Source: Octopus bimaculoides
Lineage: Eukaryota
DNA length: 64,000 bases
NCBI RefSeq assembly: GCF_001194135.2
Contig: NC_068995.1
Coordinates: 47,193,326 to 47,257,325, forward strand
Direction: 5' to 3'
Positions 1 to 12,570 of the stretch are shown here, one piece after another. A program made the position numbers and the translations under genes. The notes beneath the pieces were generated by a model that saw only the letters and a program-made list of their open reading frames with translations, did no database searches and was not told the DNA's origin. Each line of letters opens with the position of its first letter. Position 1 is the stretch's first letter.

Positions 1-187
1 CTCTGAGAGTGTAGTGGGTGCTTTTATATGCCACCGGCACGAGGGCCAGTCCGGCGGTACTGGCAACGGCCAAGCTTAAATGATGTTTTTTAAGTGCCAC
101 CTGCACGGGAGTCAGTCCAGCGGCACTTGCAACGAACTCGCTCGAATGTTTTGTTCACGTGCCAGTAAGGCGACGCTGGTAACGATC
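1..187 (-). mobile_element. SINE family E, internal tandem-repeat region (partial)
   Basis: Reverse complement matches 53480-53660 (atcgttaccag..gtcgcctt..gccagtgccgctggactggctcccgtgcaggtggcac) and 56340-56380 (gtggcat.taaaa.caccca.tacactctcagag). It consists of ~65-bp degenerate internal units. Confidence 0.8.
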
Positions 188-446
188 ATATCTATATCTA
201 TCTATCTATCTATATATATATATATATATATANNNNNNNNNNNNNNNNNNNNNNNNNNNNNNNNNNNNNNNNNNNNNNNNNNNNNNNNNNNNNNNNNNNN
301 NNNNNNNNNNNNNNNNNNNNNNNNNNNNNNNNNNNNNNNNNNNNNNNNNNNNNNNNNNNNNNNNNNNNNNNNNNNNNNNNNNNNNNNNNNNNNNNNNNNN
401 NNTGTTATTAAAAGAGACATATGCATATGTATATGTATGCATGTAT

Positions 447-507
<61 letters not shown>

Positions 508-824
508 CATTTATATACATACATACATTTGTACAACAATAGCGATTTAGAATTTATGACAGCTGATTCGGTAGAATTTTATAGATGCATTAATTATATT
601 ATATCATAACACATGATCCACCATGCTGCACCCAGGACCAGCTCTGAGTCAGATCTGCGGCTTAAATTGGATTTGGTACTTACATATCTACAGTATCCAA
701 CCAACACCTGATACCTTCATGGTTGTTTTACTTCACTGTGAACTCTATGTTAATGTACCTAGTCATTTCTGGCATCCTGCGTGTTGATGAGCCTAGATTC
801 TATTGAATTCTGTAATTATACAAT

Positions 825-881
<57 letters not shown>

Positions 882-1574
882 NNNNNNNNNNNNNNNNNNN
901 NNNNNNNNNNNNNNNNNNNNNNNNNNNNNNNNNNNNNNNNNNNNNNNNNNNNNNNNNNNNNNNNNNNNNNNNNNNNNNNNNNNNNNNNNNNNNNNNNNNN
1001 NNNNNNNNNNNNNNNNNNNNNNNNNNNNNNNNNNNNNNNNNNNNNNNNNNNNNNNNNNNNNNNNNNNNNNNNNNNNNNNNNNNNNNNNNNNNNNNNNNNN
1101 NNNNNNNNNNNNNNNNNNNNNNNNNNNNNNNNNNNNNNNNNNNNNNNNNNNNNNNNNNNNNNNNNNNNNNNNNNNNNNNNNNNNNNNNNNNNNNNNNNNN
1201 NNNNNNNNNNNNNNNNNNNNNNNNNNNNNNNNNNNNNNNNNNNNNNNNNNNNNNNNNNNNNNNNNNNNNNNNNNNNNNNNNNNNNNNNNNNNNNNNNNNN
1301 AGCATGTGTATTTATTGACTGATTGATTAAGTGATTAATTGATTTTTCTGAGAGCGAATGTGCACATGTGAATGAGTTTGTGGGTGTTGTGTGTGCATAC
1401 GTTTGCGTATATATAAATATAAGTATATACATATATTTATATGTGGGTGTATATATACACACACACACATGCACATACACACACATATATTTATATATAT
1501 TGTTTTAACTGTTTTCTTTATATCTTATTGAATTTTTGTATGCATTTATTTTTGTAACAATACTGTTGTATATG

Positions 1575-1650
<76 letters not shown>

Positions 1651-2139
1651 TATATACATATATAATGATTCCACTTAAGCATAGCACCACTAATAACTAG
1701 TTCTTAAAACTCAATAAAACTTTACAGCAAGCCATTAGGTCAGTCCAGAGCATATTAACAATTAAAAGAAGACACAAAAACAAGAATTACATAATCACAT
1801 TCATTGCCTGATAGTTGTTTCTGCTATAAGTAAGCATGCACCTAGAACTGGATAGTCTTCTGATTTATCATAACTTCCTTGGAACCATTTAAATGAAGGG
1901 TATCTTTATTGGGAAAAGCACTTTAGATACATATAGTCTGACACAAAAACAACTGTAGTTTGAGAGATTTAAATATGAAATCACCCTATCCAGAGCCATG
2001 TGCATTACACACACACGTACACAAACACACACACATATACTCATTCATTAATGTTTATATAAACTTATATAAAAGACATGTACACATATCTACAGATATG
2101 TATTCAGCTACATACATATCTATCTATCTATCTATCTAT

Positions 2140-2255
2140 CATCATCATCATCTTGACAGTTTGACAGGAGAGGGGCAAAGTGCTGCCCCAGGCTCCATTT
2201 GTCTGTTTTGGCAGTGTTTCTATGGCTGGATGCCCTTCCTAATGCCAACCATATT
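2140..2255 (-). mobile_element. SINE family E 3' part with (GAT)n tail
   Basis: (CAT)n followed by ...ggcagtgtttctatggctggatgcccttcctaatgccaacc, the reverse complement of the ggttggcgttaggaagggcatccagc block seen at 3915, 4030, 42595 and 56385. Confidence 0.75.
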
Positions 2256-2398
2256 CTAATCATTCAGCCATAAAACTTCACTATTGTAAAATATAAGGTT
2301 TCTAAAAGAACAGCACTCAATAAAAATGGATTTTGCTAAGCTGCAGTACAGTGGAACTCTTAACCCTGTTATTGTTGGAATTAAAGAAGAAGGTGAAG

Positions 2399-2708
2399 AT
2401 CCCCCTTTGGTCATGACTGACCATGGGATTGCACCTAGAAAGTTACCCTCTGAGGCACAATCCCAGGCAAGGTCGTTCGTGGAACACCAGCTGTGGTCCA
2501 TGCATACCAACCTCCCCTGCATCCATGCCACCAATGTTATCCAAGAGAAAGGTGGATGCTGATACAGCTTGGCACCAGTGACATTGCAACTCATTTCTGC
2601 AGCTCAGTGAACTGGAGCAACATGAACACAACACGCAGCCCGGTCCGGGAATCAAACTCACTATCTCGTGATTGTAAGTCTGACACTCTAACCGCTCAGC
2701 CATGTGGC
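2399..2708 (-). mobile_element. tRNA-derived SINE family C, near full length
   Basis: Reverse complement aligns along its length to 51054-51346. A-box-like tggctgagcggtt and B-box-like gagtttgattccc are at the 5' end. Confidence 0.85.
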
Positions 2709-3119
2709 TTCACTGCTATAGTATGAATGATGTTATGTGTTTGACAAAAGTCAGCGCTCACCCTCTCGCCCATCTCTGCCTTCATCGGATGCCAACACCC
2801 ACCATACAATGTAGAAGAGCTTTCAGTATTCAAACATTTACAACTTATACATACAAGTTCTTATTGGGAACTGCATTTCCAATCAACTCAGCTGATAGAA
2901 TATGATATTTCCAGACATTCCATACATAACAACCCCTCTCCATTCTTTTGTCCTTTAAAACTCCCTTAAGCCCACAATTAGTTCATTGGACCCTAAATCT
3001 CCAAGAAAACATGTTACTCTCAAATAAAGAGATAAAAGAAAAATAAATGAGCAGGCTTTGATTAAGGGGTTTTTTCCAGGAAATTGTTGGGTATACTGAC
3101 TGGGAAGTTCTTGAAGGCC

Positions 3120-3315
3120 CATAATTATATTTAGGGCACTGTAGGGCATGGATATTAAGGATTCTATTAAAGAACCATATCTATATTTTTAGAGTATTTC
3201 AGGGCATGCAAGCAAGGAATTTAACGGGAGGACTGCATCTATATTTTTAGGGCATTTTAGGGCATATAAACTAAGGATGTTGTTGAAAGTCCGTATCCAT
3301 ATTTTAGGGCACACA
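3120..3315. repeat. Degenerate ~58-bp minisatellite, about 4 units
   Basis: The motif ctatatttt(t)agggca...agggcat...aagga recurs at ~3129, 3181, 3239 and 3297. Confidence 0.65.
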
Positions 3316-3502
3316 GAAAAGAGATTTTGTTCAAGGACCATCCCTTTAAGCACAGTCTCTTGAGCTAATGTGGGAACTGTTATGGGGACACTTGATCTGC
3401 TAGAAAGAACAGCCAAATCTTCTTAAAAGTACACTCAGCTCTCTTAGAAAAAGGCACACTGGACAATCGGATGGTTTTCATTATTATTGTTGTTGTTTAG
3501 TC

Positions 3503-3571
3503 AACCCCTAATAGAGGTACCAAACCCTAATAGAGGTACCAGATCAAACAGATCAAACCCTTATAGAGGCA
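3503..3571. repeat. Short tandem duplication (aaccc(c)taatagaggtacca, 2 copies plus a third variant)
   Basis: Direct repeats read from the sequence. Confidence 0.8.
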
Positions 3572-3904
3572 CCAACAAAGATATGTCCAAAAGAATTCTA
3601 GTCATGATTATCTGTTCTGTTTATTCAACCATACCATATCGCAATCACGTTGTCCAACATGTCATGGCCTTCTTTTCAATGAGATTTAGTTGTTATTTCT
3701 ATTAGACTGAATGACTATATGGAGATTTCCTCATTCCAAGTGTCAGTTGTATTCTCAATAGACCATTCTTCAAAAATCTAGCCTTGAATTTACTGTAATC
3801 GAATCAATATTATTACAATCACCTGAAAGTTTGTTGGAGATGTGTCAAACTAAACGCATTGCAGTATTTAAATTTGCACCTCTTGATTTTGAGTTCAAAT
3901 TCCA

Positions 3905-4150
3905 CACTGTAAAGTGGTTGGCATTTGGAAGGGCATCCAGCTATAAAGAAAAAAAAAACTATGCCAAAACTGACCTCACTTGTGCTTGTGCCACATAAAA
4001 GCACTAAGTCCACTCTGCTGGGTGGTTGGTGTCAGGAAGTGCATCCAGCCGTAAAAACCAGTCAAAACACACAGACGTTTGGTGCAGGCTTCTGCCTGGC
4101 TGCTCCTGTCAAACTGTCCAACCCATGCCAGCATGGAAGGCACACGTTAA

Positions 4151-4182
<32 letters not shown>
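3905..4182 (+). mobile_element. SINE family E, two tandem 3' modules ending in (GAT)n
   Basis: gtggttggcatttggaagggcatccagc, then ggttggtgtcaggaagtgcatccagccgtaaaa...aacccatgccagcatggaaggcacacgttaaatgatgatgat. Confidence 0.8.
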
Positions 4183-4846
4183 ATTATTAGGAATTGTATA
4201 AAAAAAAAAAATGTTTAAATATTTCAGGTATTGTAGAAATATAACGAGTTTAATGCAGATAAGGTTTTAACGACAAAATCTTATACGGACCCCCCCCCCC
4301 NNNNNNNNNNNNNNNNNNNNNNNNNNNNNNNNNNNNNNNNNNNNNNNNNNNNNNNNNNNNNNNNNNNNNNNNNNNNNNNNNNNNNNNNNNNNNNNNNNNN
4401 NNNNNNNNNNNNNNNNNNNNNNNNNNNNNNNNNNNNNNNNNNNNNNNNNNNNNNNNNNNNNNNNNNNNNNNNNNNNNNNNNNGAATGACTGCACCAGATA
4501 AGGCAGTCTAGGAATGGAATATCGTACTGATAATATTTCGGCTGTGTGTCTACTCAAATGGCACAGTGACACGGAGATAAACTGTAACAGCAACAACAAC
4601 AGCATAAACTGTTAACGATGTTGCATTTTTGAGTTGCTGTTCAAAATCTGCTGTTTCATTGCTCCATCATTATCATCATCATCATCGTTATCATTATAAT
4701 TGTCATCAAGTTATCATTGTCATCATTACCTCCACCTCCACCACCACCACCACCACTACAACTGTGACTATGTACATAGATACACACACATACAAACACT
4801 CATATACAAACACATATACATACGTACAAGCAAACCTGTGTGCGTG

Positions 4847-4859
<13 letters not shown>

Positions 4860-4889
<30 letters not shown>

Positions 4890-5045
4890 CCCCACTTCCA
4901 CTTTACAACTGGTGTTCCCGTAACTTAGCAGTTCAGCAAATGAGGAGAACAGTAAAACCAGAAGAAAACAAAATATTTATACCGGGGTTGATTAGTTCGA
5001 CTAAAGTTCTCTTGTGAAATGCCACAGCATGGGCACAGTGCAATG
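4860..5045 (+). mobile_element. SINE family D 3' half
   Basis: (TG)n, then cttt.acaactggtg..cccgtaacttagcagttcagcaaa...ttcgactaaa...cagcatggg, homologous to 7790-7970. Confidence 0.7.
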
Positions 5046-5339
5046 AAAGACAAAAGATATGAAAATAAGCAGTGTATCATCATCATCATCACCACAATCA
5101 ACATTGCTGTCATCATTGTCATAGCTGTGGTCTTGGTTGCCATCGTTGTCATCATCATCATCATCATCATCGTCCTCGTCATCGTCATCGTCACCAGTCA
5201 TGGAAGGCTGACATAAAAAATGTGGATGCGGATAATGGTGATGAGATAATGATACACACGCACACATGAATATGCACATGCACACATGAGTGTGTGTGTG
5301 TGTGTGCCCGTGCCCACGTGTGTATGCATGTGCGCCCAT

Positions 5340-5550
5340 ATGTGTGTCTGTGTTTGTCCTCCACCACAACTTGATAACCAGTGGTGGTGTGCATATGTCC
5401 CCATAACTTAGCGGTTCGACAAAAGATACTGAGAAAATAAGCACCAGGCTTTAAAAAAACAAGTACTGGGGTTAATTTGTTCGACTAACAATTTTGCATG
5501 GTGGTGGCCAAGCATGGCCACAGTTTTATGACAGAAACAAGTAAATGATA
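5340..5550 (+). mobile_element. SINE family D 3' half
   Basis: tgtgtctgtgtttgtcctccaccacaacttgataaccagtg...cataacttagcggttcgac...aagcatggccacag. Confidence 0.8.
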
Positions 5551-6182
5551 AAACACAAAAAAATGAAGTGTGTGTGTGTGTGTGCATATGTGCGTGTGTG
5601 TGTGTTTGTGTTTTTTGCATGTGAGTGCGTGTGTGTGCATGTGCATTGTGTATGAGTGTGTGCATGCACGTGAGCATATGTTCCTTTCTATATTATATAC
5701 ATATATATATATATACATACATATAATATATATATACATATACATACACACACACATATATACAACTGAAATAAAGTGCAATGTGTAAATCACTAAACTG
5801 TTCTAACAGCATGTCATTGCCATATTAAAATAGCCATGGACAATATTTTGAAGGGTGAATATATCAACAACNNNNNNNNNNNNNNNNNNNNNNNNNNNNN
5901 NNNNNNNNNNNNNNNNNNNNNNNNNNNNNNNNNNNNNNNNNNNNNNNNNNNNNNNNNNNNNNNNNNNNNNNTGCTAGCATGGAAAGCGGACGTTAAACGA
6001 TGATGATGATGATATGCATATGTGTACATGTATATATATATATATGATGATAAGGGAGTGCAAGGCGTGGGTAGGGGTATTGTGAATAACACACCATCCA
6101 GCTTATACAAGTATGAAGAAACATCTACAAATTCATGATGAAAATGATGATGGTGATGATGGTGGTGATGATGGTGGTGGTA

Positions 6183-6214
<32 letters not shown>

Positions 6215-6253
6215 GATGATGATGATGGTGATGATAATACATGTGTCTATCAA

Positions 6254-6475
6254 GGCAGTGAGCTGGCAGAATGGTTAGCACACCAGGCGAAATGCTTAGC
6301 AGTATTTTCGTCTGCCGTTACGTTCTGAGTTCAAATTCCGCCGAGGTCGACTTTACCTTTCATCCTTTCGGGGTCGATAAATTAAGTACCAGTTGCATAC
6401 TAAGGTCGATGTAATCGACTTCCCCCCCCCCACTCCCCCAAAATGTTTGGGCTTTGTGCCGAGAGTAGAAAAGAA
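6254..6475 (+). mobile_element. tRNA-derived SINE family A, well preserved
   Basis: A-box-like ctggcagaatggtt, B-box gagttcaaattccg, body gtcgactttacctttcatcctttcggggtcgataaattaagtaccag. Homologous copies at 8570, 45770, 50300, 56750 (+) and 22520, 61670, 62790 (-). Confidence 0.85.
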
Positions 6476-7560
6476 TACATGTATCTATCTATATTTTCTA
6501 CCTNNNNNNNNNNNNNNNNNNNNNNNNNNNNNNNNNNNNNNNNNNNNNNNNNNNNNNNNNNNNNNNNNNNNNNNNNNNNNNNNNNNNNNNNNNNNNNNNN
6601 NNNNNNNNNNNNNNNNNNNNNNNNNNNNNNNNNNNNNNNNNNNNNNNNNNNNNNNNNNNNNNNNNNNNNNNNNNNNNNNNNNNNNNNNNNNNNNNNNNNN
6701 NNNNNNNNNNNNNNNNNNNNNNNNNNNNNNNNNNNNNNNNNNNNNNNNNNNNNNNNNNNNNNNNNNNNNNNNNNNNNNNNNNNNNNNNNNNNNNNNNNNN
6801 NNNNNNNNNNNNNNNNNNNNNNNNNNNNNNNNNNNNNNNNNNNNNNNNNNNNNNNNNNNNNNNNNNNNNNNNNNNNNNNNNNNNNNNNNNNNNNNNNNNN
6901 NNNNNNNNNNNNNNNNNNNNNNNNNNNNNNNNNNNNNNNNNNNNNNNNNNNNNNNNNNNNNNNNNNNNNNNNNNNNNNNNNNNNNNNNNNNNNNNNNNNN
7001 NNNNNNNNNNNNNNNNNNNNNNNNNNNNNNNNNNNNNNNNNNNNNNNNNNNNNNNNNNNNNNNNNNNNNNNNNNNNNNNNNNNNNNNNNNNNNNNNNNNN
7101 NNNNNNNNNNNNNNNNNNNNNNNNNNNNNNNNNNNNNNNNNNNNNNNNNNNNNNNNNNNNNNNNNNNNNNNNNNNNNNNNNNNNNNNNNNNNNNNTGAGA
7201 GAGAGAGTGAGAGAGAGTGAGAGAGAGAGAATGAGAGAGAGATTGAGAGAGAGTGACAGAGAGAGAGAGAGATATCTACACATAGGCACAATCATGGACA
7301 CACACAAACACACGCATACACAGTCACATATACACACACACGCACACGCACACACACACACACACACTGCATCTGAGTTTTAGCTGAGATTGCAGCATAA
7401 GTAAATGTAGTTGTGATGTATTTATAAACAATACGATTTGTCAGAAGAAGAAGAAAAAAAGTCTACATTCTCCTCTTATTCTTCCTTTGGGCTTGCTCTT
7501 CCCTCTCTCTTTCTCCTTTTCTCTCTACTGCTTTTACAATTAATCATTCGGTCTATGAAT

Positions 7561-7722
7561 AGGCATTGCTGTGTGGTCAGAAGTTTGCTTCCCAACCACA
7601 TGGTTGCAGTTTCAGTCCCACCGTGTGGTGGCACCTTGGGAAAAGTGTTAGCTGCTATAGCCTTGGGCCGACCAAAATCTTTTGAGTGGATTTGGTAGAC
7701 AGAACCTGAAAGCAGTCTGTTG

Positions 7723-7783
<61 letters not shown>

Positions 7784-7970
7784 TTGTGTGTCTGCGTTCG
7801 TCCCTCACCATCGCTTGACAACCAGTGTTGGTGTGTTTACTACCCCGTAACTTAGCGGTTTGGCAAAAGTGACTGATAAAATAAGTACTAGGCTTACAAA
7901 GAATAAGTCCTCGGGTCGATTTGTTCGACTAAAGGCGGTGCTCCAGCATGGCTGGAATCAAAATGACTGA
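7561..7970 (+). mobile_element. SINE family D, full length (tRNA-like head, CORE-like block, internal (TA)n(TG)n, 3' half)
   Basis: Head gctgtgtggt..aag.ttgcttcccaaccacatggtt..gttcagtccca, then ggcaccttggg.aagtg (resembles the MIR/CORE ccttgggcaagt motif), an internal dinucleotide array, and a tail ending gcggtgctccagcatggc...aatgactga. Confidence 0.9.
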
Positions 7971-7973
7971 CAC

Positions 7974-8015
<42 letters not shown>

Positions 8016-8043
8016 ATACATACACACACATATATACATACAT

Positions 8044-8245
8044 ATGTGTGTGTCTTTGTATCTGTGTTTGTCCCCCCCCACCACCACCACTTGACAACTG
8101 GTGTTGGTATGTTTACATCCCTGCAACTTAGTGGTTCAGCAAAAGATACCGATAGAATAAGTACCAAGGTTGATTTGCTTGACTGAAAATTCTTCGAGGC
8201 GGTGCCCAAGCATGGCCACAATCTAATAATTGAAACATGAAAGAC
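8044..8245 (+). mobile_element. SINE family D second 3' half in tandem
   Basis: Repeats the 7790-7970 module after a (TA)/(CA) array. Confidence 0.85.
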
Positions 8246-8344
8246 AGAAGATGTGTGTGTGTGTGTGTGTGTGTGTTTTGTGTGTGTATAGAGAGAGTGA
8301 ATGTGAGGTAGAGATAAATTGCATTTGCCTTCATTTAACATACA

Positions 8345-8520
8345 CTTCTCCATGCTAGCATGGGTCGGACAATATGCCAGGACCAGATGAGTGTGTGGAC
8401 TGTGCCGATATCCTACGTCAGCTTTGGCATGGTTTCTACAGCAGGATATCCTTCCTAACGCTGACCCCTTCACACAAAGTGTGCAGGATGTTTCCATCAT
8501 GACACCAGCACTGTTGAGGC
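8345..8520 (-). mobile_element. SINE family E 3' part
   Basis: ccatgctagcatgggtcggac...ggcatggtttctacagcaggatatccttcctaacgc. Confidence 0.75.
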
Positions 8521-8569
8521 CTTTACAGAGAACATAAGCAAGGCCCCTACCTGAAAATGAGATGCAAAT

Positions 8570-8775
8570 TTGAGAAGCTGGCAGAATCATTAGGACATTG
8601 GGCAAAGTCTTAACCAATAATTTGTCTTGATGTTCTGAGTTCGAATCTTGCTAAGCTTGACTTTTGTCTTCTGTCTTTTTGAAGTTGATGAAATCATTAC
8701 TATGACAGTTGAGCAGTGGGGTTGAGTCAATCAGCTTAACTCTCCCCCATAAGTGCTGGCCTTGAGCACTTTTTG
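8570..8775 (+). mobile_element. SINE family A, diverged
   Basis: agctggcagaatcattag...ttctgagttcgaatc...gctggccttgagc, homologous to 6254-6475. Confidence 0.65.
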
Positions 8776-9230
8776 TGTGGGAGGGTGAAGTTGGAATTTA
8801 AAGAGAATATTAAAATTACTTGGAAACAGATGAGAGTTGACATTTAGTAGTGTATCCGGACATAGAAATTCTGATTCATCAAAATCCTTCTGACTCTTGC
8901 CATCACAGAAAAGTGGACATATGATGATGATGACAATGATGATGATGGTGATGGTGATAATGATGATGGAAGTGGTGGTGGTGGTGCTGCTGCTGATGAT
9001 GATGGTTATGATAACAATATACAGGCACAGAAATGTAGATACTAAAACAACAAAATTATAAAATATACAAAAAATAATTAATGAATGAAACAATAACAGA
9101 AGTTATGTAACCAATTTCATTAGCTTACAGCTGTTTTTGCTATAAGTAAATGTGCAAGCAGAGCTGAATCCTCGTGCAGTGTCTTATACATTTGATAGAA
9201 CCGTTAAAAGGTAGTTTGAATGAACTACAA

Positions 9231-9272
<42 letters not shown>

Positions 9273-10299
9273 NNNNNNNNNNNNNNNNNNNNNNNNNNNN
9301 NNNNNNNNNNNNNNNNNNNNNNNNNNNNNNNNNNNNNNNNNNNNNNNNNNNNNNNNNNNNNNNNNNNNNNNNNNNNNNNNNNNNNNNNNNNNNNNNNNNN
9401 NNNNNNNNNNNNNNNNNNNNNNNNNNNNNNNNNNNNNNNNNNNNNNNNNNNNNNNNNNNNNNNNNNNNNNNNNNNNNNNNNNNNNNNNNNNNNNNNNNNN
9501 NNNNNNNNNNNNNNNNNNNNNNNNNNNNNNNNNNNNNNNNNNNNNNNNNNNNNNNNNNNNNNNNNNNNNNNNNNNNNNNNNNNNNNNNNNNNNNNNNNNN
9601 NNNNNNNNNNNNNNNNNNNNNNNNNNNNNNNNNNNNNNNNNNNNNNNNNNNNNNNNNNNNNNNNNNNNNNNNNNNNNNNATATATATATATATATATATA
9701 GATAGATAGGCAGACAGATAGGTGTATATATATATACTTTCTCTCACTTCTCTTATTCTATCACTCCGTTCAGTCTATCAATTCCATCATTCCCTTTATC
9801 CTATCACTCCTCTCATTCTATCATTCTGTTTATTTGTTCTCTAAATAATAATATCACACCTACCAGCTCTCCTTCAGCTATTTTACATCACTTCATACTA
9901 AATGTCCGCAGTGTAACTATCAAATCAATACAGAATATAAAAAAGAGGAGAAAGATTTAAACTTTCAAGGTTTATTTATCCGTCTCTTTCTTATCGCCTT
10001 CGCATCTCTTCTCATCTTTTTCTCTATTTTTCGTTTAATCTCTTCTAATCACTTCTTTTCATTTTCACACATTTTTTTTTGTCTACTCTTTCCCTTTTGT
10101 GCTAGTATTCATTTTTTTTTCTATTTCTATATGTCTATATTTATCTCTTTCACTCTCTCTCTCTCTCCCTCTCTCTTTCCCTCCTTCTGTCCCTTGCTCT
10201 CTCTCTCTCTTTCTTTTACTGTCTACCTCGCACTTTCTTATTTATCCATGATATTCCTATAACACATACACATCCATACACACCCATAAGTACATACAC

Positions 10300-10339
<40 letters not shown>

Positions 10340-12134
10340 TCAGAGAGGGAGAGATACACATATACATACGTACCTATATATATACATACATATACACACA
10401 CATATACACACACATATATGTATACATACATACATAGACATATATATATATACATACATTCTTACATACATACACACAAACACACACATATATATATACA
10501 TATATATACATAAATATAGACACACACACATACATATATATATATATCCATATAAGAGTGTAGTAGTTCACTTGAAGCATTGTAATACAAAAATAGAAAG
10601 TGAAAGAAAAGAGAAAAAGGTATTGCTACATAGCACTAACATGACAGGATGGTCAAAGCTGGAATGTCTTCAGTCATAGAACTGCTTAATCAAAGACCAG
10701 CTGGTATTTGACAACCATAGCTACTTTGTGCAGGTGTCATTTACAAGATTTCCCTGACGTTTAGGAAAGCACTTAGACCTAGATCTACCCTAATCAGGTA
10801 GTCTTATAACCAAAGTTTCTCTAGCCATGGCCATCACCTAGTATTTCTCAGGCTCAGTGTATAGGTCAATGCTATATAGTGTGTCATATTTTATGATATA
10901 ATTTAACGGAGATTTANNNNNNNNNNNNNNNNNNNNNNNNNNNNNNNNNNNNNNNNNNNNNNNNNNNNNNNNNNNNNNNNNNNNNNNNNNNNNNNNNNNN
11001 NNNNNNNNNNNNNNNNNNNNNNNNNNNNNNNNNNNNNNNNNNNNNNNNNNNNNNNNNNNNNNNNNNNNNNNNNNNNNNNNNNNNNNNNNNNNNNNNNNNN
11101 NNNNNNNNNNNNNNNNNNNNNNNNNNNNNNNNNNNNNNNNNNNNNNNNNNNNNNNNNNNNNNNNNNNNNNNNNNNNNNNNNNNNATATATATATATACAT
11201 ATATACGATGGTTAATATTGGTTAATATTTCTAATAGATCAAATGATTGTTTTGCTGTATTGTTGTTGTTCTCCCTCTCTCTCTTCCTATTTCAAAGACC
11301 TGACAGTCCGATAATATTCCCAGATGATGCATCAACTGATACGAAATTAATTGCCATTTAAGACAGCTGACACCTCTCTTTTGCGAAATCTTCATTATTC
11401 ATATTCTGACGTTGCAAAAAAAAAACGAAGTAATGTTCCGTTAAATGAAGCATCGAGGTGGGATGTGGATCTACTGTTGATTTTGCTAAGAATGTATAAT
11501 ATGCAATTCCAAAACCATAATGTTCAAAAGTGCCAATGACAAAAAAGATAAAACTGTCCATTCAGAAAAGGAAAAAAAAAGCAAAGAAAATTCTTTTGAG
11601 AATTTGAACTCATAATCCACAGGTTAATAACCTCATACCATAATAATATTCACTGGACCTTTTTGGGTCAGTATTTTTGAAATTTAGATTACTTTCACAA
11701 GATTATGGATAGTTAATTGTTAATTTTAAAAAATCTAATTAGAAAAACAATATTCAAAGACCAACTCAAATTCTTCAGATAACACTCAAGAAATTGGTTA
11801 CTGGATTTATCCAATAAGGACCGTGATATTTCATATTTGTATTTGATTTGCAAGATTCTTTATGTGAATTTGGGTGTTGAAGCAAATCTTGTTGTGTGTT
11901 AGAAGGGTCTTAAGACCAATAATAATAAACACATGCACTGGCTCAACATCACTTCTTTATTGTAAGTCAATTGGTAAGATATCTTATCACTGACTAATTG
12001 ATTGCTTGTTTAATGTGCTGGTTAAATAATTAACCAATTGTTAGTCAAATTCCTTTTGTTGCTATTTCGTGATCTTCGCAGTGACTTGCCCTCTCTCCTC
12101 AAGGTCTGCTCTGAGTTTGAGAGAAGGCCATGAA

Positions 12135-12262
12135 CAATATGGTTCTGGGTTCAATCTCACTGCATGGCATCTTGAGCTAAGGTCTTCTACAACAGCCTTG
12201 GGCTAACCAAAGCCCTGAGAGAGGGTTTGGATGATGGAAAATGAAAGAAGCCCATTGTATAA

Positions 12263-12312
<50 letters not shown>

Positions 12313-12570
12313 TTATACAATGGGCTTCTACACATATAAGTAGATAGAAAAATAGATAGACAGACAAATAGATATAGACATCTATGTGTGTTTGTGCTTG
12401 TCACACACACCACCTCTTGACATCCAATGTTGATTTGTTTCCTCCCCTGTAACTTAGCAGTTTGGCAAAAGGGATGGTAGAATAAACACCAGGCCTAAAA
12501 ATAAGCATTGTGGTCAATTTGTTTATTTAAACAATGCAGTTCTCTGGCATGGCAGTAGTTCAATGTCCAA
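12135..12570 (+). mobile_element. SINE family D, near full length, diverged
   Basis: ggttctgggttcaatctcactgcatggcatcttg...gaaagaagccc, (TA)n, ...cctgtaacttagcagtttggcaaaa...ctggcatggc. Confidence 0.75.

Noticed and set aside
2326-2562. ORF MDFAKLQYSGTLNPVIVGIKEEGED...
   Set aside because: Two thirds of it is antisense SINE C, and the remaining 25 codons are not recognisable.
6254-6340. tRNA-like heads (also 7561, 37200-37282, 51054) as tRNA genes
   Set aside because: There is no complete cloverleaf, and each continues into a SINE body.
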